Position numbers and translations under genes: made by a program. Shown in pieces: positions 27,622-37,635 of a stretch of DNA of 64,000 bases. The notes under the pieces were generated by a model that was not told the DNA's origin, did not search any database, and was given only the letters and a program-made list of their open reading frames with translations. Origin of the DNA: an uncultured bacterium (GTDB lineage Bacteria > Zixibacteria > MSB-5A5 > UBA10806); NCBI GenBank assembly GCA_965541585.1, contig CBEUCH010000012.1, forward strand, positions 1-64,000, written 5' to 3'. Within the stretch, counting starts at the first letter, position 1, and each line of letters begins with the position of its first letter.

Positions 27622-30600
27622 TTATTCCGCCGTTTTTCCCTTACTAATCTTAGACTTCAGGGACGGTTTCACCAAAGGCTCGTCTCCACCAGGCAACGAT
27701 CTACGCTGACCCGGACAGTCCACACAGCCAGAGAGCGGTACGGGGCCTCTGTAGGCCGCGATCGACATGACGACGTCGGTAAGCTCAAAGCTCACGCAGT
27801 TTCCGTCCACGTCGGCCGAAGGCTTGTACTCAGGTCTCGCCTCCGTACAATTGCAGACGTAGCCGGGTTGATCAAAGCCTCTGTAGAAGGCGATCATCTT
27901 GACAACGTCCGTAAGCTCACGCGCGGCGCCGTTTTCGTCGCTGTCACCGGGAATATAGGCGCAGCCACTGGTCACATCCAGAGTAACAGGTATCGTGCCG
28001 GTGGGAGTATCGGGATCGTTGGAGGTTAGATTCACCTCCCCTAAGTACATACCCACCCCCAGGCTTGTTGCGTCGAAGGTTACTTGAGCCACAAAGCTGT
28101 CGTCCGCAGGAATGTTCACGGAGCCTGGCGAAACGAACAGCCAGATATTCAAAACCTCCGGAGGTTCATTCAGGCCACTCGATTCAGATTGGGTGACTGG
28201 AACTGAAATCAGTTCTTTATCATCATCTCCCTTACCATTTATGAGCGAGAATTCGACGGCCTCGAGATCCACAGTCAATTCTGCCGTGCCGTTGTTCCAG
28301 ATTGTCAGATCCAGAACGATACTGTTCCCTTCCTGTAGAGTTTCCTCATAGGAGAGCGGGCTGAACTGCATATCGGGTGTGCCCTGACCGCCAACATCGA
28401 AAGTTACCGGAATGTTGATGAACGATTCTCCGGGATCGTTGCAGGTTATCTCGATGGCCCCGGTGTAAACGCCCTCCTCGAGTTCCGTCGCGTCAAACGT
28501 TATGACGGCAACAATATCCTCACCGGACTCCAAGACTCCGCTATGGGTATCTGAATTCAGCCAGCCAACAGGAGAGTAAATCTTTACTGCCAGAAAGTCA
28601 TGAACATATGCACTGTTATAGGCTACCTGTAAGCCAACGGTCCCTGCAGCGTTCTCGATTCCAATCGTCTCCTGATTTACACTGGGTCCCGTTGCTTCCT
28701 GATATTGGTAGACTATATTCCCGGTCCCCAGCATGATGACCTCAAATGTATATGAACCTTCACTATAGTAATGCGGAACATCGACGTAAGCTACTATGCA
28801 GCTGTCGACATTGTTCGTGTAGAAATAGGCGGACCCTCCTGTCTCGAAGTTAAGATCATCCCAGTAAACTGCCAGAAGGTTATTCGGCTGTGCCGCGTCC
28901 GGTATTGGACCATTATTATACTGCGTCGCAGTACTCGTAAAGGAAGCAAAACCGTTTGTGCATACGTTGATGGTGCTGTAGGAATTACCATAGAATGGAA
29001 AGTCAAAACCGATAGGTAAGTCTGTGATTATTCCGTCATCCGCGTTCCCCGGCCAATTTAGCGGTGTGCCGACAAGCGAAATATCGATCCAATTGTATGC
29101 CGGCCCCCCGGGCTCATCCGAATCGATCCACTCATAGCCGAACGCATCCGGGCCTCCGCGATCAGCAACGACCGGAGGATATATTGCCTGCCTGCGATCT
29201 CCCTTCTTGTTCCCGGTCGTTTCGATGAAAGCTATCGGTGCCTGAGAGGTAGCTTTTTCCTCCGGGTAAACCTCAACCAGGAGCGGTTCATTAGCAACCT
29301 CCACCAGGCTGAAAATCAGGGTGCCTTCACCCACATTGGAAATATGAAGATTGTCTGTTGTAATCTGGCCAACTTCCGCCGAGGCGAAAAAGGATGACGG
29401 GTCATACTCGATATCCGGCGGTGGAGCCATGCCAGTCGCCGTAGTGACCTTTATGGCGCGTCCGGCTTCAAGAATGGCGGCACCCGGATGGTAGATATTA
29501 TCAAAGGTGTATTGCAGTCCGTCATTGTTCTCAAGATTCTGGAATCCCACGGTACTGTAAAGACCGGGTCGGTCGAAATCCCAGTAGTCGTCGTCATCGT
29601 TGTAAACGGTCTGATACTGAAATAATATCTCGGAATCGCCGGTAGGGGTCGGATAATAATCAGGATCGTAAATTATCATCTGGAAAGTTTCCGGAGAGTG
29701 GGGATTACCCGGATTGGGGTGCTTGCAATTCTTCCACTCGATTATTAACCGATGCGCGGAAGCATCATAATATTTAAAGACGCCGTCATTTCCGGAATAG
29801 ATTAGATCATCCCAGAAGGGAGCAATCAAACCACTTGGGGCAGCCGGGTCTGGAATCGGTTTGTTATGGAAATTCGACCAGCGGCTTCCTCCCATATCGT
29901 AGGTAGAGGTATCTAAAGCCACGAATCCATTTATGCAGACCAGCATATAGTCAAAACTCTGACCATAATAGATGAAATCGAACGGCAATGAAACAACCGT
30001 GGCGTCGTCGTCAGTGTTGTCAGGAAAATTGACCCTGGTGCCGGGGCCACCGGCATAAGGGCTGATTTCCACCCAGTCGTATAACGGAGCGGGATCATAG
30101 CCGGCATCGATGTCCTCATACATATAATAGCCATAGTTGTCTGGTCCAACCGGATCGAAAATCGAAACGCTTCCGACAACTACAGAGATCAACCTGGATG
30201 CCACCGAACCGTTACTCGACGTCAATTCCAGGCTGAAGTTCACATTATGGCCGTTATAAACGTCGGCGGCGACTTCGACGGTAAACGGAGATGAGTTGTT
30301 GGAACCGGTTTCACCGATGCCTATGTCGCCAAAATCGGCCGATCCGTCAGTAATATTTATACCCGGGTCTGAGGTTGTCAAGACACCCGTCAAAGAGGTT
30401 CCCGCCAACTCGCCTATATTTTGTATTTGCACTGCGAACCATGATGTTTCTCCGGGATCAAGCCTGTTGTTGGGATTATCAGGGAAGGCCGATTGAAGGT
30501 GCAGAAAATACATAGACTTGATGTCAATTGGTACTGCAGCCGTCCAGCTTCCCTGATCGGATGCGATTTCCAGTTCCAGAATAATGTGATCGCCATGGGG

Positions 30601-32949
30601 GATATTATCCGCAAAACTGGCAGCGAATTTTCCTGAACCGGCCGTATTACCCGGAGAGATATCGCCGTAGTTCTGGTTCGGAACGGTGATATTCACCTGC
30701 TGGCTCGGAGAAGTCAGTGTAGCCTGAACGTTTGTGGCTGTGGTCAAATCCCCGAAGTTCCGGAGGGTAATATCGAATTCGACCGTCTCTGCCGGGTTGA
30801 CGTTGCCGTCATTGTTGCCGGATGAGTTGCCGGAGTTATCATCATCGAGAGTTATGGCGCTGATTCCAACTGCTACCGGCTCTGTCTCAACAAGAGAATA
30901 GCCGGTATGAGGAATGTAATTTCTGGCGGTTACGGTTACGAACAGGGTATCCTCTGTAGAGGTGCCGAAATCAAGCGTAAGATCGCCATTGCTGTCGGTA
31001 CGGCCGCCGACGAAGACCTCCTCGCTAATTCCGTAGCCTTTAAGGAGATTCACATATGCTCCCTCGAGCGGGGAACCGCCACTTCCGGTCACATGAATCT
31101 CCAACATATTGGTGCCGACAGGGATAATTGATGGATATGTGACAGTTAGATTTTGAGGTATGGCAGTTCTTAACTCCAACTCGGGATCGCCCAGCGTATT
31201 ATATGTATGAAAATATTGTTCCACCCAGGTACCCTCGCCAGTGAAAAGGGGAAATGTATTGTAGAGTTGAATCTTCCCTCTATAAGCCGCCGATGCGAAA
31301 TTATAAATCCCCTCTTCGAGTATTCCCCAGTAATAACCTATCATTATCGGGTTATTCCACTTCGTATGCGTGTCCCAATCCGTTGCCCCATAGAATGCCG
31401 GGCCGCCTTTAAAACTTGTCGGCGATGCCCCCATCCGTATCCATTTTTCGCCAAAGCACGGGTCGTTTGAATACCCATAATCGCCCGTTCCGCAGACGAT
31501 CGAGGCCATGGGGCCGATCTTGTTATTGTTCTGCACCTGAGCCAGATTCGAAGTGCTGAAACTGGGATTATACCACCCCGACGGCCCTGCCCAGCCCCGA
31601 TAACTTACAATCGAAACCCCATTGTTCATGGAATTCAGTATCGGTGTTGGCCCGGGATTTTCATTGGGATGCCCCGGGATACCGGACCACGAGAATACCG
31701 TATCTACCTGATAGAAGCCGTGATTCAAAAGTTGAGAGCGAGCCCACAATACCGTAATCCGTGGCGTTGTTGCGAGGACGTTGCCAGCCACCGATAAGCC
31801 TCTGAGCCAGTAATTCGGATCTCCCATATAGGGCTCTCTCTCGTATTTGATTGCCTTATACATGGCCACCCTCAGGTTCGTCCAGTTGGTAATCGACATG
31901 CGGGTAACCATAATGTCCGACAGATAATCGCTCCCGTCGACAAGTGAATATTTATGATCCGAGGTGTATCCGCTGTAAGAGTAATGGGGAATTCCGCTGC
32001 CTATATCCCCCACTATACAAACGAATTCGGGGGGCATATCCCAGGTATCATAAGCATTCTGAATATAGCTTTTTACTTCTTCTCTTGAGGGTGAACTGCC
32101 GTTGGGATCGATATCGGAGGCGGAGGCGATAACAACATCGTAACCTTTCAGATGTTTCCAACGCCCCAGAACGGCCGCCGTATCTTCAAAAACATCAGGC
32201 GTCAGAATGAGATAACCGCCCCTGACCGGTTCATAGGCGGCCAGAAGCTCATCGGCGTTCGGGGCCATGGCTCGATACAATGGCAAAAATGATTCGGAGA
32301 TTCTATTTGATCGGCGGGTCTTCGCATTGCGTTCATCGAAACCTTCGTAAACCAGGTTATAGTCGATGCTGGTATAAACCTTAAGCTGCCTGGTGACCGG
32401 ATTGTACTGAATGGGACTTATCACTACTTGAATCATTCTGAGATCCCGGCAAACGAGGGGCTCTCCGAGATCTACAACCTGAGATGGATAGAATTGATCT
32501 CTCTGGTAAAAATCCTCATCTATAACAAAGGGTAGCATTTCATCGGAGCCCTCGAGAGTCGGAGTTTGTGTCGGCATGATGTCGTAATCCTCGATAATCT
32601 CAAAGGACGACGATACAATTTCCACCCTCACGCCGGATTGGTCGGGGATTCCTACCAGATGAGCATATAACGGAAGATCCGGTAGTCCTTCCTCGGCTGT
32701 CTCTCCATACTTCTCGATATCGGGCGCAATCGGCGTTACCGTCTGATACGTTTTCCCATCAAGCTCCGCGTCATTGATCCCGACACCGGCCAGCCTGAAA
32801 CCCAGATCGGTTCCGGACTGACTGGAATTAAACATCTGCATGGATGGCACATCGAGGTTCGCCGGTTCCAGAATATGATTGTCCGTGCCCGCGGATACCA
32901 TCGCCAGCGGCAAGCAAAGAAACGCCGATAGATAAAGCGCCATTTTCAT
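27622..32949 (-). CDS. Gingipain-like C25 family protein with propeptide, Ig-like/accessory domains and a C-terminal Cys-rich dockerin-like domain
   Basis: Signal peptide; G.PDLP, WKHLKGY, CIVGD, SDHKY, C.TG and YNTLGDP motifs; GPD.YGY repeats; GDSDENG..ELTDVV duplicated. Confidence 0.88.
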   Translation of the reverse strand: MKMALYLSAFLCLPLAMVSAGTDNHILEPANLDVPSMQMFNSSQSGTDLGFRLAGVGINDAELDGKTYQTVTPIAPDIEKYGETAEEGLPDLPLYAHLVGIPDQSGVRVEIVSSSFEIIEDYDIMPTQTPTLEGSDEMLPFVIDEDFYQRDQFYPSQVVDLGEPLVCRDLRMIQVVISPIQYNPVTRQLKVYTSIDYNLVYEGFDERNAKTRRSNRISESFLPLYRAMAPNADELLAAYEPVRGGYLILTPDVFEDTAAVLGRWKHLKGYDVVIASASDIDPNGSSPSREEVKSYIQNAYDTWDMPPEFVCIVGDIGSGIPHYSYSGYTSDHKYSLVDGSDYLSDIMVTRMSITNWTNLRVAMYKAIKYEREPYMGDPNYWLRGLSVAGNVLATTPRITVLWARSQLLNHGFYQVDTVFSWSGIPGHPNENPGPTPILNSMNNGVSIVSYRGWAGPSGWYNPSFSTSNLAQVQNNNKIGPMASIVCGTGDYGYSNDPCFGEKWIRMGASPTSFKGGPAFYGATDWDTHTKWNNPIMIGYYWGILEEGIYNFASAAYRGKIQLYNTFPLFTGEGTWVEQYFHTYNTLGDPELELRTAIPQNLTVTYPSIIPVGTNMLEIHVTGSGGSPLEGAYVNLLKGYGISEEVFVGGRTDSNGDLTLDFGTSTEDTLFVTVTARNYIPHTGYSLVETEPVAVGISAITLDDDNSGNSSGNNDGNVNPAETVEFDITLRNFGDLTTATNVQATLTSPSQQVNITVPNQNYGDISPGNTAGSGKFAASFADNIPHGDHIILELEIASDQGSWTAAVPIDIKSMYFLHLQSAFPDNPNNRLDPGETSWFAVQIQNIGELAGTSLTGVLTTSDPGINITDGSADFGDIGIGETGSNNSSPFTVEVAADVYNGHNVNFSLELTSSNGSVASRLISVVVGSVSIFDPVGPDNYGYYMYEDIDAGYDPAPLYDWVEISPYAGGPGTRVNFPDNTDDDATVVSLPFDFIYYGQSFDYMLVCINGFVALDTSTYDMGGSRWSNFHNKPIPDPAAPSGLIAPFWDDLIYSGNDGVFKYYDASAHRLIIEWKNCKHPNPGNPHSPETFQMIIYDPDYYPTPTGDSEILFQYQTVYNDDDDYWDFDRPGLYSTVGFQNLENNDGLQYTFDNIYHPGAAILEAGRAIKVTTATGMAPPPDIEYDPSSFFASAEVGQITTDNLHISNVGEGTLIFSLVEVANEPLLVEVYPEEKATSQAPIAFIETTGNKKGDRRQAIYPPVVADRGGPDAFGYEWIDSDEPGGPAYNWIDISLVGTPLNWPGNADDGIITDLPIGFDFPFYGNSYSTINVCTNGFASFTSTATQYNNGPIPDAAQPNNLLAVYWDDLNFETGGSAYFYTNNVDSCIVAYVDVPHYYSEGSYTFEVIMLGTGNIVYQYQEATGPSVNQETIGIENAAGTVGLQVAYNSAYVHDFLAVKIYSPVGWLNSDTHSGVLESGEDIVAVITFDATELEEGVYTGAIEITCNDPGESFINIPVTFDVGGQGTPDMQFSPLSYEETLQEGNSIVLDLTIWNNGTAELTVDLEAVEFSLINGKGDDDKELISVPVTQSESSGLNEPPEVLNIWLFVSPGSVNIPADDSFVAQVTFDATSLGVGMYLGEVNLTSNDPDTPTGTIPVTLDVTSGCAYIPGDSDENGAARELTDVVKMIAFYRGFDQPGYVCNCTEARPEYKPSADVDGNCVSFELTDVVMSIAAYRGPVPLSGCVDCPGQRRSLPGGDEPLVKPSLKSKISKGKTAE

Positions 32950-33068
32950 GATACTCTCCTGTCCATCAAACCTTGTTTTTCAAGATACCGTCAACTTCAT
33001 GGGCTGAGATCCTTCTTAAGTTGCCCGTAGAATAAACAACATGGGTGCATTCATAATTCCACTTATCG

Positions 33069-34490
33069 TCAGCATCGTCCTCCCGTATAGGCAGCCCCTC
33101 GCCTTTTGATAATAGCGACCGTGCCGAAAGCCAACAATATCAGCACCATAATAATCATGCCCCATTCCGAGAGAGTTGGTACCAACTGCGGATTTGTGGG
33201 GACTAAAAGAACGTCGACCTCCGTGGGGCCGCCGCCTGTGACAACGACATTTCCTATAGTCTGGGTGAAGTAATCGTCTTTGAGAAACTTCAGTGTATAG
33301 CTTCCCGGCGCCAGCAGCCGGCGATAACGTCCGTAATCCGGCCTGGATAATCGGGGATTGATATCGGCGTTAATATGCTCGAGAACCTGCACCTCCGCCT
33401 CGATCGGCAGCAACGTGAAAGAATCACGGATGATCCCGGTTATGCCGGGGCCCAGAGCCCTCTGGAGAAGATAATACTGCCCCGGAAGATGAGCGGTAAT
33501 TATGGCGTCCACCAGCGCAGGATCCTGAATCGTGGTGTCGGAAACCTCCACCGAAAAGGCTGCGGTTCCGAAGTTGCCGTAGAAATATGTCTTGAAATCG
33601 CCTTTGTTGACCAGAGCCCTCCTGGCCGTGTAGGTGCCCGTGGCGGAATCATCTGGTATGGCTTCTATTAAAGACGTAAACGATTGACAGATAGATTGCA
33701 TCAGGGTTTCATCGGGGCCGAAACCGTGACCGCCTTCATTGGCATACCAGTACCATGGATAATACGCTACATTGGGTCTGCCGTAGGTTGGTGAATGATA
33801 ATCCAGCGCCACCAGCGGCCTATACGTCCAAGCGAACTCCGCCATGGCGATATTCTCTGCCTGTGTGAAGGGGGCTTCCCCCTTATAAGTGAGTGATTCC
33901 GGGGTGGTGGCGTTGAGGCCATCGTCTATCCACCAGCCAAAGTTGTAGTTGCGGTTGTTGTCGACGCCGTCGTGAAAATCGAATATCCCGTTGTTGTCGT
34001 TGTCACATTTGTTTTTGCGCCATTCGGTATCTCCCTCCTCCACCACTATATGCCCCTCAGGATTGATGAAGGGGATGCAGAATATTTCGAGGCTGGTGAC
34101 GTACGCCACCACATCGGGATCTCCCTCATCGTACCGAGTTATTATATCCTGAATAAAATTCATGACGACTTCCACGCCCAATACCTCGTCGGCGTGAACT
34201 CCGCTGCAATAGAAGATCGCCGGTTCGTCCTCGTCAATCTCAACGTTGTCTGAAATCTTGACTCTCAGCATGGGGATGGCGTCACGCGTGGAATAACCCA
34301 TGGTATCCAGCTTGCAGATTTCCGGATGACCTTCCTGAAGATCTGTCAGAGTCTGCAGAGCATCGCTGTACCTGGTATATATTTCAGGAAGTTGAGCGCC
34401 TGAATCAGATGACACTGATATGGAAACCGAGACGATTAGAATTAATCGGCAAAGTTTCTTTACGGCTTCCTGCCCTTCTTTTCCCATCAT
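33069..34490 (-). CDS. M14 zinc carboxypeptidase with IPTL-CTERM
   Basis: HADE, WRKN, DNNRN and DYHS motifs; C-terminal VPTLSEWG-TM-KRR. Confidence 0.9.
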   Translation of the reverse strand: MMGKEGQEAVKKLCRLILIVSVSISVSSDSGAQLPEIYTRYSDALQTLTDLQEGHPEICKLDTMGYSTRDAIPMLRVKISDNVEIDEDEPAIFYCSGVHADEVLGVEVVMNFIQDIITRYDEGDPDVVAYVTSLEIFCIPFINPEGHIVVEEGDTEWRKNKCDNDNNGIFDFHDGVDNNRNYNFGWWIDDGLNATTPESLTYKGEAPFTQAENIAMAEFAWTYRPLVALDYHSPTYGRPNVAYYPWYWYANEGGHGFGPDETLMQSICQSFTSLIEAIPDDSATGTYTARRALVNKGDFKTYFYGNFGTAAFSVEVSDTTIQDPALVDAIITAHLPGQYYLLQRALGPGITGIIRDSFTLLPIEAEVQVLEHINADINPRLSRPDYGRYRRLLAPGSYTLKFLKDDYFTQTIGNVVVTGGGPTEVDVLLVPTNPQLVPTLSEWGMIIMVLILLAFGTVAIIKRRGAAYTGGRC

Positions 34491-34551
34491 CTGTAAGAAG
34501 GCTTTGAGTTCATTTTTTCTACTTGAGAAAGAAACAAAAACCCATCAATAA

Positions 34552-34574
34552 GGATGCCTGAGGCACGTCCCTAC
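34552..34574 (-). repeat. GTAG-type REP-like hairpin
   Basis: Reverse complement reads GTAG-GGACGTGCCTCAGGCATCC. Confidence 0.55.
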
Positions 34575-34733
34575 CACTAAGTTATATATTCTCGCTATAT
34601 TGTCAAGCGTTTAGCCATGTTGGCCTTTTCGGCTCGCTATGGCGCCACTAACCCCGTGAGATTATTAGCGTTATCAGATTTCGATCGAATTAAATCGGAC
34701 AGGTTTCGGGGGAAGGCAAATCTCAGAGCTTGA

Positions 34734-35141
34734 TTACAGAATTCCCAGAGCTGATGAGGCTTTCTCAACATCGGAGGCATCCACCCAGATGAAGGAGCCG
34801 AATTGCCCGCCAACTGCAACAGCATTAATAGAGTTGATATTGATACCGAGGCCAGCGAGAGCTTCCAGACTATCAATTAATGCACCGGTGCGATCCTCTC
34901 CTGCCATAAAAAAACCGGTACCTTCTCCAGCTTGAAGTCCGGCAGCCGTCCATACATCTTTCAGCTCTTCCGACTTTTCAGAGAAGACATATAGTTTTGC
35001 CTTACCTTCCCGGGTGCCGAATCCCCAGAGCCAGGTCAGGCCGATGCTGTTGGCTTTAAGGTCTTGCATTATCTTTAGAAGTGCCCCCGGCTTATCCTCA
35101 AGATCCGCCACATAATAAGTCGCTCGCCTAACCTTGGCCAT
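34734..35141 (-). CDS. Tandem ACT-domain protein
   Basis: EDKPGAL and EDRTGAL...LAGLGININ motifs; GAGGAGG SD. Confidence 0.8.
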   Translation of the reverse strand: MAKVRRATYYVADLEDKPGALLKIMQDLKANSIGLTWLWGFGTREGKAKLYVFSEKSEELKDVWTAAGLQAGEGTGFFMAGEDRTGALIDSLEALAGLGININSINAVAVGGQFGSFIWVDASDVEKASSALGIL

Positions 35142-35322
35142 CCGCTCCTCCTCTTAAGATGTAATTGTCCGCCCAAGACTGTCCAACCCAGAGTTAGTAG
35201 GATATTATATGATGCGGTCGTAAATCAAGGAAAAACATCGCAATGGATACTGCATATGCCTAAATATGGTTCTGTCATTTGCAGCCGGCGTGTTTCCGAG
35301 CCGTTTTTTTCGCGGGCTCGTC

Positions 35323-35353
35323 TATTTCCGCTGATCCCCCGTTAGTGGAAACG
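35323..35353. repeat. 31-bp palindrome family, copy 2
   Basis: TATTTCCGCTGA-TCCCCCG-TTAGTGGAAACG. Confidence 0.7.
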
Positions 35354-35380
35354 AAAAAGCCCCGACCGAAGCCGGGGCTT
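35354..35380 (-). terminator. Rho-independent terminator
   Basis: AAGCCCCGGC-TTCG-GTCGGGGCTTTTT on the minus strand. Confidence 0.8.
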
Positions 35381-35417
35381 GATGCAATCAATTTTGGCCT
35401 TCAACTTGAGGAAAGGA

Positions 35418-35555
35418 TCACCTCAGCTACACCATCCTCTTCGTCTCAGCATATTTCCCGCCTGAATCCTGTAGAAATACAGGCCGGAGGATTCATCTTT
35501 AGCATCCCACACAACCTGATGACAACCAGCCGCCTGATTTCCGTGAATCATCATA
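35418..35555 (-). pseudogene. Orphan remnant of a T9SS-like C-terminal domain
   Basis: HQVVWDAKDESSGLYFYRIQAG, then a frameshift to YAETKRMV*; shares ATTTCTACAGGATTCAGGCGGG with ~490-511. Confidence 0.8.
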
Positions 35556-35756
35556 CAAGTTTGAAAATAAATGAGTTGACAATATGAGACATTTCTGTAA
35601 ATTAATGATGGATTAAATGGGTAGATAAAGTCCTCATTCATTGGGCTTCTTGGGATACGTTGAAAATATGGACAAGCCGTGTTTTTGAAACCTTTATATG
35701 GGAAATCTCGGGCAAACCCGAATACCAAACAAACACTTATTAAGGAGGCTTCTTCC

Positions 35757-37613
35757 ATGAAACACTTTAATCGCGCAATGCTAACTCTGGCATTCGCTCT
35801 TCTAGCGCTGACGTCGATAGGTATTCCGGTTTCGGCTACCGAGATTCCGCGAATGATCAGCTACCAGGGGATGATAACGGACAGCGAAGGCGACCCTGTG
35901 ACGCAGCCAGGGCTTAGTTTCCGATTTCTGATCTTTGATGACCCCATCGCTGGTGATCCAGGATCAGCCCTTTGGATTGAAGTCACTGAGAAAGACGTAG
36001 TGGATGGTCTCGTGACCCACAATATGGGTTCACTAATCCCCATGCCGGATAACCTGTTTACCGAGTTTGACGAACTCTGGCTTGAAGTATGGGTGGACGG
36101 AGAGGCGATTGAGCCGCGCACACGCATCGTGTCGTCCGCATATGCCTTCCGCGTGTCTACAATTGACTCGGCTACGGGAGGAGCCATCACTGGTGATGTG
36201 AGCATCGATGGTCGCCTTAATGTCGAACAAAGCGGAACGGGGGGTGATGCCGGGTATTTCTGGATCTCCGACGCCGGTAACAACTCTAATGCGGTAACAG
36301 GTTTTACCATGGGTACGGGAGCGGGCGGTTATTTCGCTAATAATTTGGGGGGTACTGGCCTGATCGCTTATGGCGATGCACAGGCTATTCAGTGCTTAAG
36401 CATTCTCGGCACCGGCGTCTATGCCGTGAGCGCCAGTCTCGCTGATCTCGCCAAGGCCGTTCACGGGGAGATTTCGAATTCGAATCCGGGGGCCTATTCT
36501 GCAGCTGTACGAGGTGAGAACAAGGGAACCGGCGGTTTAGGAATCGGCGTCTGGGGTTCCCACGACGGCAGCGGATACGGGGTCTATGGCACCGCCACCA
36601 CCGGTGTCGCAGGGTACTTTGTGACCTCAGGCGGGGGCGCACCGTCGCTCTACGCTCGAACCGAGGGCACTGGCGATGCCGGCCAGTTCCAAGGAGGTGA
36701 TATTTCGGTTAAAGATGCCACTGGCGCGGAGACGGTGGAGATTGCCCCCAGCGAGGGAAGTACCGGCGCTCAGATTGTTCTGCGCGAGGCTGACGGAACT
36801 ACTAATGGTATCGTCATGGACGCGGAATGGGTAGACGGGCCCGACAGATATGGCCGGATTGATTTGTACCAGGCAGGCAACAATACCGTCGTGATTCGAG
36901 CAGGCGAATCTCCTTTCACCGGCGGCGAGATCAGGCTCCGCGAGGCTGACGGAACTACTAATGGCGTCATCATAGATGGGGAAAAAGTAGACGACGTCAA
37001 CCATGGCCAGATTGATCTGTACATGGGCGGCACCAGAACCATCTCAATCGAAGGGGGCGAAGAGTCCACCGGCGGCCAGATCAGGCTGCGCAAGGCTGAT
37101 GGAACCCCCACTATTACACTGGATGCAGAGTTAGGGCTCGGCGGCGATGGGAGAATAACAACCGATGAGCTTCAGATCACCGGCGGCTCTGACCTCTCGG
37201 AACAATTCGATATACACAGTCTTGTTGGAAATGAACCTCCCTCTGCAGGAATGGTTGTTTGTATTGATCCGCAGAAAACGGGCGAACTGGTGGTCAGCAG
37301 TAGAGCTTATGATCCGACAGTCGCCGGAATCATCAGTGGCGCCGGCGGTATCAAGCCGGGCATGCTGATGGGTCAGCGGGGAACCGCAGGCGATGGTCAG
37401 TTTGCTGTGGCGCTGACGGGTCGGGTCTACTGCCGGGCTGATGCCTCCCATGGAACAATCAAACCAGGCGACCTGCTGACGACATCTTATACTCCGGGCC
37501 ACGCCATGAAAGTCACTGACTTCTCCAGCTCTCAGGGCGCAATAATCGGCAAAGCCATGTCCTCACTTCAAGAGGGCAAAGGTCTGGTCCTGGTCTTGGT
37601 GAGCTTGCAGTGA
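35757..37613 (+). CDS. Secreted Gly-rich fibre-like protein with C-terminal peptidase G2 / intramolecular-chaperone-like domain
   Basis: AAGGAGG SD and signal peptide; IPRMISYQG; GGSDLSEQF, VAGIIS, VALTGRV, IKPGDLLTTS..PGHAMK motifs; internal ~53-aa repeats. Confidence 0.7.
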   Translation: MKHFNRAMLTLAFALLALTSIGIPVSATEIPRMISYQGMITDSEGDPVTQPGLSFRFLIFDDPIAGDPGSALWIEVTEKDVVDGLVTHNMGSLIPMPDNLFTEFDELWLEVWVDGEAIEPRTRIVSSAYAFRVSTIDSATGGAITGDVSIDGRLNVEQSGTGGDAGYFWISDAGNNSNAVTGFTMGTGAGGYFANNLGGTGLIAYGDAQAIQCLSILGTGVYAVSASLADLAKAVHGEISNSNPGAYSAAVRGENKGTGGLGIGVWGSHDGSGYGVYGTATTGVAGYFVTSGGGAPSLYARTEGTGDAGQFQGGDISVKDATGAETVEIAPSEGSTGAQIVLREADGTTNGIVMDAEWVDGPDRYGRIDLYQAGNNTVVIRAGESPFTGGEIRLREADGTTNGVIIDGEKVDDVNHGQIDLYMGGTRTISIEGGEESTGGQIRLRKADGTPTITLDAELGLGGDGRITTDELQITGGSDLSEQFDIHSLVGNEPPSAGMVVCIDPQKTGELVVSSRAYDPTVAGIISGAGGIKPGMLMGQRGTAGDGQFAVALTGRVYCRADASHGTIKPGDLLTTSYTPGHAMKVTDFSSSQGAIIGKAMSSLQEGKGLVLVLVSLQ

Positions 37614-37635
37614 GCCGGTGAGAGGAGTTTTAAGG

